Source: Candidatus Bathyarchaeota archaeon
GTDB taxonomy: Archaea > Thermoproteota > Bathyarchaeia > Bathyarchaeales > Bathycorpusculaceae
Direction of reading: 5' to 3'
Length of the DNA: 64,000 nucleotides
NCBI GenBank assembly: GCA_963717465.1
Contig: OY970340.1
Coordinates: forward strand, 224,001-288,000
Below, in pieces: positions 19,311-30,786 of this stretch (position 1 is the stretch's first letter; each line of letters starts with the position of its first letter). The notes under the pieces were generated by a model. That model had not been told where the DNA came from, ran no database searches, and saw nothing but the letters and a program-made list of their open reading frames with translations. A program made the translations under genes and the position numbers.

Positions 19311-19518
19311 GAACCTTATTTCGGGGCAAAAGCCAAAAATGAAATGAGTAACAGCAAAAAAATTAAACTAAAAACCTGTAATGAGCAAATGCAGAAAAGC
19401 AACAGCTAATTTCACGATTGGTTCCATTTAGAATTACCCCTGCTTAGTGAGTTGCTAAAGCATTTAATTACATGCCTAATGATTGGAATTCAGGCGATTT
19501 TTCTCAGGAATAAAGCCG

Positions 19519-19800
19519 CTATTCTAATCGTTTGATTATGTGGTACCCAAACTGTGTTTTGACAGGATTTGAAGTCTGCCCCTTTTCCAGCTCGAATGCA
19601 CATTTCTCGAACTCTTTAACCATTTTACCCCTAGTAAAAGTGCCAAGGTCTCCACCCTTTTTTCCAGAGGGACAAAGAGAAACCTGCTGAGCGACTGCAC
19701 CAAATTTTTCGCCTTTATCTAACCGGGCTTTAGCTGCTTTAGCTTCAGTTTCCGTTTTAACCAATATATGTGCACAATGTACTTTATCTGGCATGAACAA
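19519..19800 (-). CDS. Parvulin/PpiC peptidyl-prolyl isomerase
   Basis: HILVK, SLCPSGKKGGDLG, GKMVKEFE, TQFGYHII. Confidence 0.93.
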   Translation of the reverse strand: MFMPDKVHCAHILVKTETEAKAAKARLDKGEKFGAVAQQVSLCPSGKKGGDLGTFTRGKMVKEFEKCAFELEKGQTSNPVKTQFGYHIIKRLE

Positions 19801-20127
19801 AACTTAACGTTAGAACAACATATAACTTTTATCTTAAGCTAACCTTCGAAATTGGTCGATACTTATTTTTTTGAAGAATTAAGAACCAACTAGTGCTATG
19901 TCAAAACGTTAGACAAGCAAACAGGATAGGTTAACACGGAAATTTTCTCATATCATCGCGCCTACATCTGCAAATACACTCGACGTTTGGTCAAAAGCTG
20001 TAATATTAAACTCAATATTGGCACTCAAATTCGCTTACTCCAAGTTTTTTAGAAAAAGTGCGCTAAGTAGCTTTTTTATCGAACAACTCAGAATAGAGAC
20101 TTAAGCAACAGTGGGGTTGACTAAATT

Positions 20128-20796
20128 ATGAACAGTCTTAGAAAAGCTAACATCAACAAACTTTATTGGATAGTTATCTTAGGGATTGTTCTGTATGTTC
20201 TTCTCGACATTATAGCTCAGCTTTTGCCGCCACATTATAGTTTAATTAGCCAAGCAGAAAGCGACCTTGCAGTGGGGCAATTTGGATTTATCATGACAAT
20301 CAACTTTCTGAATCGAGGTTTGTTTTCACTTTTGTTTATCTTTGCGTTCCTTGAAACGCTAGATCTGATTGGAGCAGTTCGATCACAGTTTAGAACAGGG
20401 TTATACTTGCTTGGGTTGTGGGGAGTCGGATCTTTGCTGCTTGCATTCTTCCCAACAGATGTTCCTGCCACTCCTATATCCTGGCACGGCGCAATTCATC
20501 TCATAATTGCAATCTTAGCCTTCATTGGTGGAGCATTTGGAACTTTAGCAATATCAACAGAGTTAAGGCAAAAGCGAGAGTTCGAAAGCTTGAGACGTGT
20601 TGCATTGCCATTATCAATTGTAGTTGTTGTAACTTGGGTCATTGAGTTCGGATTGCCTTTCATACTTCCACATTTGAATACTCTTGTAGGAGGCCTCACT
20701 GAACGGTTGTTTCTTGGGTCAGTTCTCCTTTGGTTAGGAGTTACATCGGCTTATTTGGCTACTCGCATGAAAGGGAGGAGCGCGCATGCGTGTTGA
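20128..20796 (+). CDS. DUF998-like membrane protein
   Basis: Multiple TM helices; SDLAVG, FPTD, H..IH, GLTER. Confidence 0.75.
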   Translation: MNSLRKANINKLYWIVILGIVLYVLLDIIAQLLPPHYSLISQAESDLAVGQFGFIMTINFLNRGLFSLLFIFAFLETLDLIGAVRSQFRTGLYLLGLWGVGSLLLAFFPTDVPATPISWHGAIHLIIAILAFIGGAFGTLAISTELRQKREFESLRRVALPLSIVVVVTWVIEFGLPFILPHLNTLVGGLTERLFLGSVLLWLGVTSAYLATRMKGRSAHAC

Positions 20797-20987
20797 GACT
20801 CTGTGTGAAAGCTAATTTCGGCTTCAGAAAATTGCCAAGTTCACGGCAAAGAAGTCCAGATTTATGCTGAAGAACCATAAATATTGAGGAATGTTAGGAT
20901 GGGCGCTTAAAGAAGTGATTAGTATTCAATATTGAGCCGCCACAAGACATTTTTATTTTTGAAACGGCTTTATTTTAGTGGTAGTAA

Positions 20988-22943
20988 GTGAAAAAGCAGC
21001 AGAAATTTGACTTTCCTACAACAGAAATCATATTACCGATGGTAACCAAACCAAAGCCTTCTGAGAATAAACGCTGCCTGCACAATGCGAAAGCGCTCAA
21101 AGCCAGAAAGGCCAAACTAGAAATAGATGAAGGAGAAGCAAAATTCAGCTATTTTTTTGAAAAAATGTTAAACGGTATTGCTTATTGTAAAATAATCTTT
21201 AAGGACGATAAACCAGTTGACTTTATCTATATTAAAGTTAACAATGCTTTTGAAAAACTCACTGGACTAAAAAAAGCTCATGTCGTGGGAAAGAAAGTAA
21301 CCGAAGCAATCCCGGGGATTAAACAAGATCATCCTGAATTATTTGAAATATACGGCAGAGTCGCCAAAACAGGAAAAGAAGAGGACTTTGAATTAGACTT
21401 CAAGCCCCTAAAAATTTGGATACATGTTTTGGTTTACAGTCCTAAAAAGGATTATTTTATTGCTGTATTTGAGAATATTACTGAACGCAAGAAAGCCGAA
21501 GAAGCATTGAGAAGTAGCTCTGAACGGTTCATGACGTTAGCCAATTCTTTACCCGAAATAGTTTTCGAAATAGACTTGAATGGGAGAACAACTTACATTA
21601 ATCAAACGGCATATGAAACTATTGGTTATACGAAAGAAGACTTCAACAAAGGTCGCTTTTAACCAAGATTTTCTTGTTCCAGAAAGCATAGAAAAAGCAA
21701 AAACAAACTTTACAAACGCAATAGCAAAATCCGCAACTATAATCGATGAGTACATCTTGAAGAAAAAGGATGGCAGCACATTTAACGCAATAATAAAAGC
21801 AGCCCCAATTAAATCGGGCGACAAGACCATAGGACTAAGAGGAATTGTTACCGATATCACTGAACAGAAAAAAATAACCGAAACTCTTGTCTTCCAAAGC
21901 CAATTGCTTGAAGCTGTCGGACAGGCATTAATTGCAGTCGATAAGAATAGGATCATTCGTTACTGGAATAGAGGAGCAGAAAATCTTTACGGATACACAG
22001 CGGAGGAAGCTCTTGGAAAAAGTATTGATGAGGTTTTTCCGACCGAACATTCTGAAGATTTAGTGGATGAGATTTCTAGTCGCTTGGTTTCTGGTGAAAG
22101 CTGGGTCAACGAAACTCAAGTAAAAAGCCGCAATGGAAAAATGGTGCCCGTAATCGTTACTCGCCATCCTGTTCTTAACAAAGCAAGAGAGTTCATCGGC
22201 GCGATAAGTGTCTATACCGATATAACTGATCAAAAAAGCATGCAGAATGAAATTGCGAAGTACGCAGCCGATTTTAAGGAAAGTTCAGAAAAAGTCAAGG
22301 ACTTAAATGAAAAACTCCGAGTTATCGGCGGCTTAACAAGACACGATGTTCGAAACAAACTGGCTGTTTTCAACGGGTATGTGTACTTATTAAGGAAGAA
22401 AATTGGCGATACCCAAGCAGCGCTACAATATTTAACCAAAATGGATGAAGCCTCAAATCAGATGCTTGCTATTTTAGATTTTGAAAAAGTTTACGAACAA
22501 GTGGGCTCGGAACAACTCGTTTTTGTTAATGTTGGTAAATTTTTTGCTGAGGCATGTGGGCTTATATCTGATTTTAAAGGCATAAATCAAAAATGTGAAT
22601 GTGATGGGTTAGAAGTGTTAGCCGACTCATTGTTACGTCAGCTATTTATAATCTGATGGATAACACATTGAAATACGGTGAGAAAACCACTTTAATCAGG
22701 CTTTATTATAAGGAAAATGAAAACGGGATTTCGCTCGTTTATGAGGACAACGGTGTAGGAATGACAGAGGCAGTTAGGGCACATCTTTTTGAGAAGGGTT
22801 TTGGTAAAGGAACTGGATTTGGCCTTTATATGACAAAGCGCATAATTGACGCTTACGGCTGGACCATAGAAGAAAATGGTGAATTAGGAGCTTGTGCTCG
22901 ATTCACAATGAAAATACCACAAAGCAAATTCAAACTGAAATAG
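20988..22943 (+). CDS. Multi-PAS sensor histidine kinase (two frameshifts)
   Basis: PAS repeats, RHDVRN H-box, NTLKYG, EDNGVG, GFGKGTGFGL. Confidence 0.88.
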
Positions 22944-23126
22944 ATTAACTATGGCACGCATGGTTGTTCCCAAAATAGCTGGAAGGATGTTTTTGGTTAA
23001 CTTTTTCGTGATAACGTTTGATTTAGAAACCTGTTGATGATGCAAAAGCCAAAAATCACAGGAAAGAATTATGCATCTCAAAAAGAATTTAGGAACACGC
23101 ATGCTCACTAATTTTAGGCGTAATAA

Positions 23127-23731
23127 TTATTGTTGCTTGTGATTATTTCCGTGCCTTTCATGATTCAATTGTTTTTGGACTGAAACAGAATTCCAATTTT
23201 TTAAATGAGAAAGGTATTTTGAGGCGGTTTGCATCGTAGGAAAAATAAAGATATGCCTTTCATAATGTGGATAGGTATATCGTTTTGGATGTACGGAAAG
23301 CAATTCTTCGCGCATTCTCTTAGATAGTTCCATGAATTCATCATAATTCCTATGAACGGTTATGGCAAACCAGCTTGTTCCTACATGACTTTGGTCCTCA
23401 AGGAGACAAAGTACTTCGGGATGCTTGTTTGTAAATTCATGGGCTTCTTCAAGTTGAACAGATGTTAAAACGTCAGGAGTTGATGAGAAATGGAAAACAA
23501 CGACATCAAGTCCCATGCCGTGTAAGTCAGGTATTATGATGTATTCTCTTACGTACCCTCTTGCTCAAGCTTCCTTCTTCGTTTAGATAATAGTGTATTA
23601 CTTATCCCCAAAACTTTAGCAATAGCCCTATCGCTTTTATTACTTTGTGCCATTAGAGCAAACAAAACTCTCAAGTCTTGCAAATTCAATTGTGAATATG
23701 AATCTTGTTTGTCCGAAGATTTATGGCTCAT
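23127..23731 (-). CDS. Lrp/AsnC-type regulator (frameshift near 23550)
   Basis: SDRAIAKVLGISNTLLSKRRRKLEQEG, then REYIIIPDL in another frame. Confidence 0.75.
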
Positions 23732-23797
23732 AAATTATAGTACCAGCAACCTGTTTCAATGTTTTTTCGAGTCGCGCTGAAATATGATGCTTGGCAC

Positions 23798-24187
23798 TTA
23801 TTTTTCAGTTGGCCATAGTTTTGCGTCGTAACTTGTGATTAACCAAACACCATTTTTTCGTTTTAAGCCAAGCAAACTGTATCCCCAAGTGAACGCTCCT
23901 TCCCCACTACCATCAGCATAATAACGAACCCTCGCATGTGCCTCGTCACCAACTACATTGTCAACAATAGCAGAGTACGCAATATGCTTCATATGGGGAT
24001 TTGCTTCAAGGAGAACTGTGTAAAATTCTCTGATTGCAGTTAATCCCTCAAGCAAACTATCAAGAAAATTAACCACAGCACCATCGTGAAAACAAGCCAT
24101 TACTCCATCTATATTCTTCATATCGATTTGCCAAAAATAATTCATCACAGCATCCTTGATCTGTTCATATGCCAACGGGTCTTCCAA
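23798..24187 (-). CDS. SnoaL/NTF2-like protein
   Basis: YFWQID...FHDGA...GLTAIREF...GVWLIT. Confidence 0.75.
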   Translation of the reverse strand: MEDPLAYEQIKDAVMNYFWQIDMKNIDGVMACFHDGAVVNFLDSLLEGLTAIREFYTVLLEANPHMKHIAYSAIVDNVVGDEAHARVRYYADGSGEGAFTWGYSLLGLKRKNGVWLITSYDAKLWPTEK

Positions 24188-24277
24188 TTCTCATCCCAAC
24201 TTATCTTAATTGATGATAATTAAGGGCTATTACGTTATATGTTTTTTCAGAAGCGCACATGCCTTCCTATAGCGCTC

Positions 24278-24683
24278 TTATCCGCGGCGTTCTTCAATAA
24301 CTTCTGGGAAATCAATGTCGAACCAGCTAACTGTAGAAGGCGGGTTAATTACTAGACACTCTAGTATCTAATCCACAGCCTAGATTCAACACCACAACAT
24401 TTGGGTTTGATCTAAGAAATTCTTTGACCCATTCATCCAGTTGCCTAGCTCTGACAACCAGAACATTGCCATTTCCAAAGTGTTCAAGCTTCTCATAATC
24501 ATAATCAATCATCTTAACTATTCCATCGGCTTTTTCATCGTGCAGAATGGAGTGTTTAGAGCGGCTGTCTAAGGCTTTCGCGTAAAGAGGCATAAGAAGC
24601 GTTGCTTTTTCGCCTGTTAAACGCGCCTTGTGTTTTTGATTAAGATTAGATTCATTTTCATTTTTAGACGGCGAACTCATCAA
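24278..24683 (-). pseudogene. Class I SAM methyltransferase (leucine carboxyl MTase/TcmP-like), truncated
   Basis: TLLMPLYAKA, NLGCGLDTR, then WFDIDFPEVIEERR*; C-terminal half missing. Confidence 0.75.
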
Positions 24684-24826
24684 CTAACCAGTCCCCGCGT
24701 CAATTATTTCTTAAAGCTAAAAAATGTAGTGGATTATTGAAGAAAGACTTTCTCTTTCCGTAAAATGCAAAATTCAGAGTAACCGCGCGGCGCGCATTTG
24801 GAGCTGTTTCGATAGCTCGTAAGCCC

Positions 24827-25159
24827 TTATATTTTCTCTTCTTCAAAGCCTTTAATCGATTTCTTTAATGCCTCAAGTGTTTCCTGAACTGTTTGATTAT
24901 CGATCATGTTTATGTTCAATTCTGTTGGTTTGTTGCTTCTCATAAAGTGGTCTGTTGCGAAGTCTATAACAACCATAGTGAACACTTTCCAGAGCTTTGA
25001 CATTTGCATGTTGTAGATTTCATCATCAGTGAATCCTTCTTCACGCATTCTTCCTAACAGTTCATTTCCTAAATCGATTTCCAAGAACCCTTGCTTTTTC
25101 GTTTCTTCTAAGAATTCCCTGAAAGTCATGTCGTAAACGTTCTTGCTTAAGCTAGACAT
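24827..25159 (-). CDS. Hypothetical protein
   Basis: 110-aa ORF. Confidence 0.5.
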   Translation of the reverse strand: MSSLSKNVYDMTFREFLEETKKQGFLEIDLGNELLGRMREEGFTDDEIYNMQMSKLWKVFTMVVIDFATDHFMRSNKPTELNINMIDNQTVQETLEALKKSIKGFEEEKI

Positions 25160-25537
25160 GTTATTCTTGTTTGTTTGGTTGCTTTCTTAACAATTATTGC
25201 ATACCAAAAAATATGCACATTTAACATTTAAATGGACTTTTATCCGATAATCGTCATTTAGTTGTCTTATTTTAGGAAACCTAAGTATAATGTGTACCAT
25301 ACTAATTTCAATTTCAAGAGAAATTCTTCCGCCTAAAGTTAGTAATGCTTGACTATCGTTAGCTAAACCGCTTTATCGTGGACTATATAGAGAAATAAGT
25401 GGAAATAGTTTGAATTGGGAAATAACGCACACGTTAAAAAACTAGATATGACTAGTTCTGATTAATGCTAAAAATTAATTTGCAATCCAGAAACTGGCTT
25501 CATAATATTTAATATCCATAGCACAGCAAATGAGATC

Positions 25538-25954
25538 ATGAACTCGGCGCAAACAGAAGACGCCCTAAGAATCGAAACTAGCTCTCAAACCATCGACCAG
25601 AAGAAAACATGCTCGAAAAACTGTTTGCGCATTTTACATGTTGATGATGATTTGTGTTTTATGGAAGTCTCAAAGCAGATACTAACAGTGGAAAATAACT
25701 TTGATATTGATACAGTTGTTTCAGTTGATGAAGCCTTTAAAAAAATGGAAAAACAATCCTATGATGCGATTGTTTCCGATTATGAAATGCCTCTTAAGAA
25801 TGGCTTGGACTTTCTAAGAGAACTTAGAAAAAAGAAAAATGAAATGCCCTTTATTTTGTTTACGGGAAAAAGCAGAGAAGATGTTGCCGTTAAAGCTTTG
25901 AATTTAGGCGCCGACCGCTACATCAATAAAAATGGTTCTCTTGCAGTAAGTTAG
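25538..25954 (+). CDS. Response-regulator receiver domain protein
   Basis: LHVDDD, VSDYEMP..NG, FTGK, YINK. Confidence 0.88.
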   Translation: MNSAQTEDALRIETSSQTIDQKKTCSKNCLRILHVDDDLCFMEVSKQILTVENNFDIDTVVSVDEAFKKMEKQSYDAIVSDYEMPLKNGLDFLRELRKKKNEMPFILFTGKSREDVAVKALNLGADRYINKNGSLAVS

Positions 25955-26134
25955 TACGGTGAGCAAGAGGATAGAAGAAGAATAAGAAGACGTAGACGTA
26001 GTTGAAAAAGGAGAGAGAGGATTAAATTTTAATCCCACACTTTCCGCCGTTTATGCTTATGTTCTAAATTGCATTTTTCTAAAGCCTTAAATTCCGTTTC
26101 TGTCAAATGGTAACTGAACATAAGGAGGAAAATT

Positions 26135-26467
26135 ATGCAATCTAACTATGTTAAAGTTGCTGTGACAACAGAGATTCCAGTTGGAAAAATGAAAGCTGTA
26201 AAGCTGGAAAGCAAAGAGATTCTAATAGTCAATGTAAACGGAAACTATTTTGCAATCGGTTCGAAGTGCACGCATGCAGGCGGAGACCTATCCAAAGGTA
26301 CTTTGGAAGGGAACATTGTTACTTGCCCAAAGCATAATGCAAAATTCGACGTAACAACGGGCAAAGTTGTTTCGCACCCAAAAGTGGCACTCTTTCACCC
26401 CAAAGCAAACGACGAACCCACTTATCAAGTCAAAGTTGAAAACGAAAACATCTTGGTCAAACTCTGA
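26135..26467 (+). CDS. Rieske [2Fe-2S] ferredoxin
   Basis: CTHAG...CPKH. Confidence 0.92.
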   Translation: MQSNYVKVAVTTEIPVGKMKAVKLESKEILIVNVNGNYFAIGSKCTHAGGDLSKGTLEGNIVTCPKHNAKFDVTTGKVVSHPKVALFHPKANDEPTYQVKVENENILVKL

Positions 26468-26489
26468 ACAAAAAAAGATACGATTGGTT

Positions 26490-26660
26490 GAGAGAGAGGG
26501 AGAGGGGGATAATTGCAGACTTGAACGAGGCTGGTTTACAAATGTTCAAGTGTACCAGGGATGTGGTTGGGCAGGGCTTCTTCAGACATTCGGCTCAAAA
26601 GAAACTCACCGCCTGAGCGTCTAAGTTTAGCGTTTGCCTGATGGGTTTTTTACTCAATAC
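26490..26660 (-). ncRNA. Candidate structured RNA or short-ORF element (unassigned)
   Basis: GC-richer intergenic block with nested stems, an upstream TATA-like box and a downstream pyrimidine tract on the minus strand. Confidence 0.35.
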
Positions 26661-26736
26661 TTCAACTCTTACCAAAATATATTTAATAATAACTCCTTAG
26701 CTTTTAGTAGCAATAAAAACAGTCTTTGAAACAAAG

Positions 26737-26949
26737 GTGCAAGAAATGAGCGATAAATCAGCTGGGTACTGGGTGAAGTTAGCACAGAGGATAATTGGTT
26801 TGGTCGTACTGATTTTCGGGGCATTGCTAATTTATTTCACTTTAACAAGCCTTAATAACCTTGGAATTTTCAGTTGGCTGTTTGGAGCCTTAAGCCTAGT
26901 TTTGATTATCTTAGGCATATTCATCATGATAATCAAATCGCCGGAATAA
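26737..26949 (+). CDS. Small two-TM membrane protein
   Basis: Two hydrophobic helices. Confidence 0.65.
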   Translation: MQEMSDKSAGYWVKLAQRIIGLVVLIFGALLIYFTLTSLNNLGIFSWLFGALSLVLIILGIFIMIIKSPE

Positions 26950-27170
26950 AAAAAATCAATTAAACTTGGCAGAGTAAATTAATTTAACGGGTTCACATCT
27001 CATTTTTTGACTGCACAGAAAAGCAAGGAAAAGCAATGGTTGCCATCAACGCCATTTTGCTCTATGATACTTAGTTTGAAAGGAGCCAAAGATACTAGGA
27101 ACAGCTCCTAGGAAAACTCTAATAAAAAAATTAATTAGCAAACAAATCAATAAGAACATGGCGACTTTAG

Positions 27171-27479
27171 ATGAGCAAATCTGGTTTTCAAGCATTTCAA
27201 CAAGAATCGCCCGAAGTGGCGGCTGCATTCAACAGTTTAATAGAAAAACTCGCCAAGCCTTCAGCCCTTGATACAAAAACAAAACAGTTACTCTACATCG
27301 CCATGAATGTTGTAACTGGAAATCAAGGCGCGGTCCTTGCTCACGTGCCTATGGCTAAAAATCTTGGAGTAACTCGTGACGAAATCAAAGAAACCATAAT
27401 CTTAACCATAACTGTAGTGGGCTTAAAAGGCATAAATCAATGTTTAGCAAGCGTACTTGAAGCGTACGATAAAACTTGA
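27171..27479 (+). CDS. Carboxymuconolactone decarboxylase family protein
   Basis: LDTKTKQLLYIA...HVPMAKNLGVTRDEI. Confidence 0.85.
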   Translation: MSKSGFQAFQQESPEVAAAFNSLIEKLAKPSALDTKTKQLLYIAMNVVTGNQGAVLAHVPMAKNLGVTRDEIKETIILTITVVGLKGINQCLASVLEAYDKT

Positions 27480-27555
27480 TTTAATTCATACATTGATTTA
27501 TTAGGCGTCAACTTATTATTCACCAGATTATTTCGAAAATAGTGGAGACAGGAAA

Positions 27556-29337
27556 ATGCCTATACGACAACCAATTGTTTGCGTTCTCGGACACGTTGAC
27601 GCAGGCAAGACGTCCCTTTTGGATGAACTGCGAAAAACAAGCGTCCAAGCTCGAGAAGCGGGTGGAATGACACAGCACATTGGTGCCAGCTTTTTCCCGG
27701 TTGAAACCCTTAAACAATTAATCGGTCCATTACTGTCAACCTTTAAAAGCGGAATAGAAATTCCAGGCTTACTCATCGTAGATACACCTGGACACGAAGC
27801 ATTCACTAACCTGCGACGCAGAGGCGGAAGCGTAGCAGATATCGCTATTCTCGTAGTTGATATTCAAAAAGGGTTTGAAGCACAAACTTTTGAATGCATA
27901 GAAATACTGAAAGCCCGCAAAACACCGTTCATAGTTGCAGTTAACAAGATTGACCGAGTGCCCGGATGGAAAACTGAAAAATCAATGCCATTCTTAAAGT
28001 CTTATTCGTTGCAGGCAAGTTTTGTTAAGGAAGACTTTGATAACCGATTATACAAAGTTATGGGGGACTTTTCACGCTTAGGCTTCAAAACAGACCGTTT
28101 CGACCACATCAAGGATTTCACTTCAAACGTGGCGTTAGTACCGACCAGCGCAAAAACCGGTGAAGGTTTACCTGAGCTAATCATGGTTTTGGTGGGTTTA
28201 ACCCAGCAGTACCTAAAGAAGCGTTTGATGACAACTGAAGGTCCAGCTAAAGGCTCCGTTTTAGAGGTTAAGGAGGAGCCAGGTTTAGGATTGACGTTAA
28301 ACGCGATTATTTATGATGGTATTCTCTCGAAGGATGATTTAATAGTGGTTGGTGGAAAAGAAAAACCGATCACGACAAGAATCAGAGCAATACTTGTTCC
28401 AAAACCGTTAGATGAAATCCGTGATCCAAGAGACAAATTTTCATCCGTAGACAGCGTTTATGCTTCTGCAGGAATAAAGATTGTTGCACCAGACTTGGAT
28501 GGCGCATTGTCTGGATCGCCGCTATTTGCTGTTCCAGCAGGTGAAGAACCTGAAAATTACGCAAAGCTAGTAACTGAAGAAGTCGGCAGGATTAGGATTG
28601 CAACTGAAATTGCTGGAGTTATTGTTAAGGCTGACACTTTGGGTTCTCTAGAGGCTATGGCAGAAATTTTGAAGACAAATAATGTGCAAGTGCGGATAGC
28701 TGATGTTGGGGACATTTCGAAACGCGATGTAATAGAAGCCTCAGTTGTGAAGACAAATGCACCGTTATCGGGAGCAATTTTAGCTTTCGGAGTAAAAACT
28801 TTGCCCGATGCTCAGGAAGAGGCAGAAAAAAATAATATTCCAATTTTCAAAGAACCCATCATTTACAATTTGATTGATAAGTATCTTGAATGGGCAAAGA
28901 TGAAGCGTGAAGCAAAAAGCGAACAGGAATTTGAAGCGTTAGTTAAGCCTGGAAAAGTCCATATTATGCCAAACTGCATTTTCCGCCGTGCTAAACCCGC
29001 GATCTTCGGAGTTGAAGTTTTAGGCGGCAGGCTAAAGCCTAAGGTCAGTTTGATTAAGGCAGACGGCAATGATGTTGGCGAAGTAGAGCAGATTCAGGAG
29101 GAAGGCAAACCTGTGGCTGAAGCTAAACAGGGCATGCAAGTGGCAATTTCTATGGATAAACCGATTGTTGGCAGACACCTGTTTGAGAGAGACGTACTTT
29201 ACGTAAAGGTTCCTGAAGACGATGTCAAGACATTGTTAACTAAGCACACAGATGATTTAACGTCTGAAGAACAGGAAGTTCTAAAAGAATACATTGCTCT
29301 TATGCGGAAAAAAACACTGTTTTGGGGCGGAGTCTAA
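27556..29337 (+). CDS. infB: Translation initiation factor aIF5B/IF-2
   Basis: RQPIVCVLGHVDAGKT, DTPGHEAF, NKID, KADTLGSLEA. Confidence 0.97.
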   Translation: MPIRQPIVCVLGHVDAGKTSLLDELRKTSVQAREAGGMTQHIGASFFPVETLKQLIGPLLSTFKSGIEIPGLLIVDTPGHEAFTNLRRRGGSVADIAILVVDIQKGFEAQTFECIEILKARKTPFIVAVNKIDRVPGWKTEKSMPFLKSYSLQASFVKEDFDNRLYKVMGDFSRLGFKTDRFDHIKDFTSNVALVPTSAKTGEGLPELIMVLVGLTQQYLKKRLMTTEGPAKGSVLEVKEEPGLGLTLNAIIYDGILSKDDLIVVGGKEKPITTRIRAILVPKPLDEIRDPRDKFSSVDSVYASAGIKIVAPDLDGALSGSPLFAVPAGEEPENYAKLVTEEVGRIRIATEIAGVIVKADTLGSLEAMAEILKTNNVQVRIADVGDISKRDVIEASVVKTNAPLSGAILAFGVKTLPDAQEEAEKNNIPIFKEPIIYNLIDKYLEWAKMKREAKSEQEFEALVKPGKVHIMPNCIFRRAKPAIFGVEVLGGRLKPKVSLIKADGNDVGEVEQIQEEGKPVAEAKQGMQVAISMDKPIVGRHLFERDVLYVKVPEDDVKTLLTKHTDDLTSEEQEVLKEYIALMRKKTLFWGGV

Positions 29338-29418
29338 ATTTCTCTTTTCGCCTTTGAGGCAAAGACATTAGCAATTACTCATGTAACAAGTAGCCTAATA
29401 GGCAGAAGGCTAAAATGA

Positions 29419-30187
29419 ATGCAGTTAAGTTTGTCTAATGGAATTTTTAGCAAGTTAAGTTTAGAAGAAAACCTTGCCACTGTTAAAGCATTGGGTTTTA
29501 ATAACTTAGAGTTTAACATGAAAACGGTAAGTACTGAAAGTGACATTGCCGTTTACAAGGCCCAAAAACTCATGTCTACTAATGGATTAAAGTGCCTTAC
29601 CCTTCACTCTGCAACCTTACATGTTAAGGATGAAGTCGAAGATTCACCGAGCAATCTATTACGGAAAAATCTCACTTGAATTTGCTCAACAGACTGTCTG
29701 CGCCGATTATGACAGTTCACTCAAGCATCTCTAAAAAACTCCCTCAAAACATGAGACAAAAATGCTTAAGCGCAATCTTTGGTGAACTTAATAAATTTGC
29801 AAAAGAGTTAGGCATCAAGTTAGCATTGGAGAACCTATCTTACACTTCTTCAGGTTTTGCCAAAAACGTTGATCAACTTGAAGAAGTCCTAAGCATTATT
29901 GATGCAGGGGACATGGGTATAACTTTGGATTTTTGTCATGCTTTAGAGACAAAGCAAACTGCTGATTTGCTGGAAAAATACCATAAACGTCTCTGCAACG
30001 TTCACATGGCAGAACAAGAATCATATGCCTTTCATTCAAGAAAAACCAGAGTTGACATCGTTTCCTTACTAAACTGCATGAATACGGCTATACTGGACCA
30101 ATAACACTGGAGTTAAATCATAAAACTTCCATGGAGGATATCCTTAAAACTAAAGGCTTATTTGAAAGGTTACTTGATGGTCTTTAG
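29419..30187 (+). CDS. Sugar-phosphate isomerase/epimerase (xylose isomerase-like TIM barrel), frameshifted
   Basis: LALENL, TLDFCH, NVH, ITLE motifs across three frames. Confidence 0.75.
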
Positions 30188-30480
30188 CCGCCGCCTACTG
30201 GTGGAAGAATTGCGAGAACATCGCCATCATGAAGCACCGTTTTTAAGCCTTCACCTGTAGCAGCGCTTTTTCCATTAACAAGAAATTGGAGAAAACTCTT
30301 CACATTCCCGGTTGCCTGCGTCAAAAACATAGTCAACAAAAACTTTGCCGTACTGCTTTGAAAGTGTTCCCTAAAACAAGTGTCTATGGTAACTTTTTGA
30401 TTTTCAGTGAAACTTAGGGTTTCTTCTTTCTTGTTCACTATTTCTCGCAGTGAAGTGAAGAATCGAATTGAAACCTGCAA
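30184..30480 (-). CDS. MoaD/ThiS/SAMP ubiquitin-like protein
   Basis: LVNG...LHDGDVLAILPPVGGG. Confidence 0.9.
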   Translation of the reverse strand: MQVSIRFFTSLREIVNKKEETLSFTENQKVTIDTCFREHFQSSTAKFLLTMFLTQATGNVKSFLQFLVNGKSAATGEGLKTVLHDGDVLAILPPVGGG

Positions 30481-30786
30481 CTAAGGCACCTTATTGGTAT
30501 TTACTTTAACAGCAGGATTAAACTGTTATGCCTCAAATTATGATTAATTTGGATCTGGAACTTTTAGAGCCATTTAAGAATTTTAATAAAGAATATTGCA
30601 AAAATGACGAATTATGTACAAGTAATCCAAGATATCAAGTTTTCAAAAGACATTAGTATGTAGTTTTATTCGGTTTTAACCGTTTTTCTTATAAGACTCA
30701 AAGTAGACTATTCTAGCAAAGGTTAACGGGGGGCTTCGCTGGAAAAAGGGATTTTAGAAGCCGTTCTCGAGAGCTTCGAAACTCCA

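Larger units (their letters stand above)
14978..19315. mobile_element. IS6-family cargo transposon carrying a putative restriction-modification system
   Basis: 14-bp TIR GGTTCTGTTAACTT / AAGTTAACAGAACC, 8-bp TSD, internal IS6-type DDE transposase. Confidence 0.93.

Noticed and set aside
26455..26657. Selenoprotein with in-frame TGA (SFF-U-AEC, UxxC) on the minus strand
   Set aside because: No recognisable fold, no convincing archaeal SECIS, and a low-complexity tail after the TGA; probably chance.
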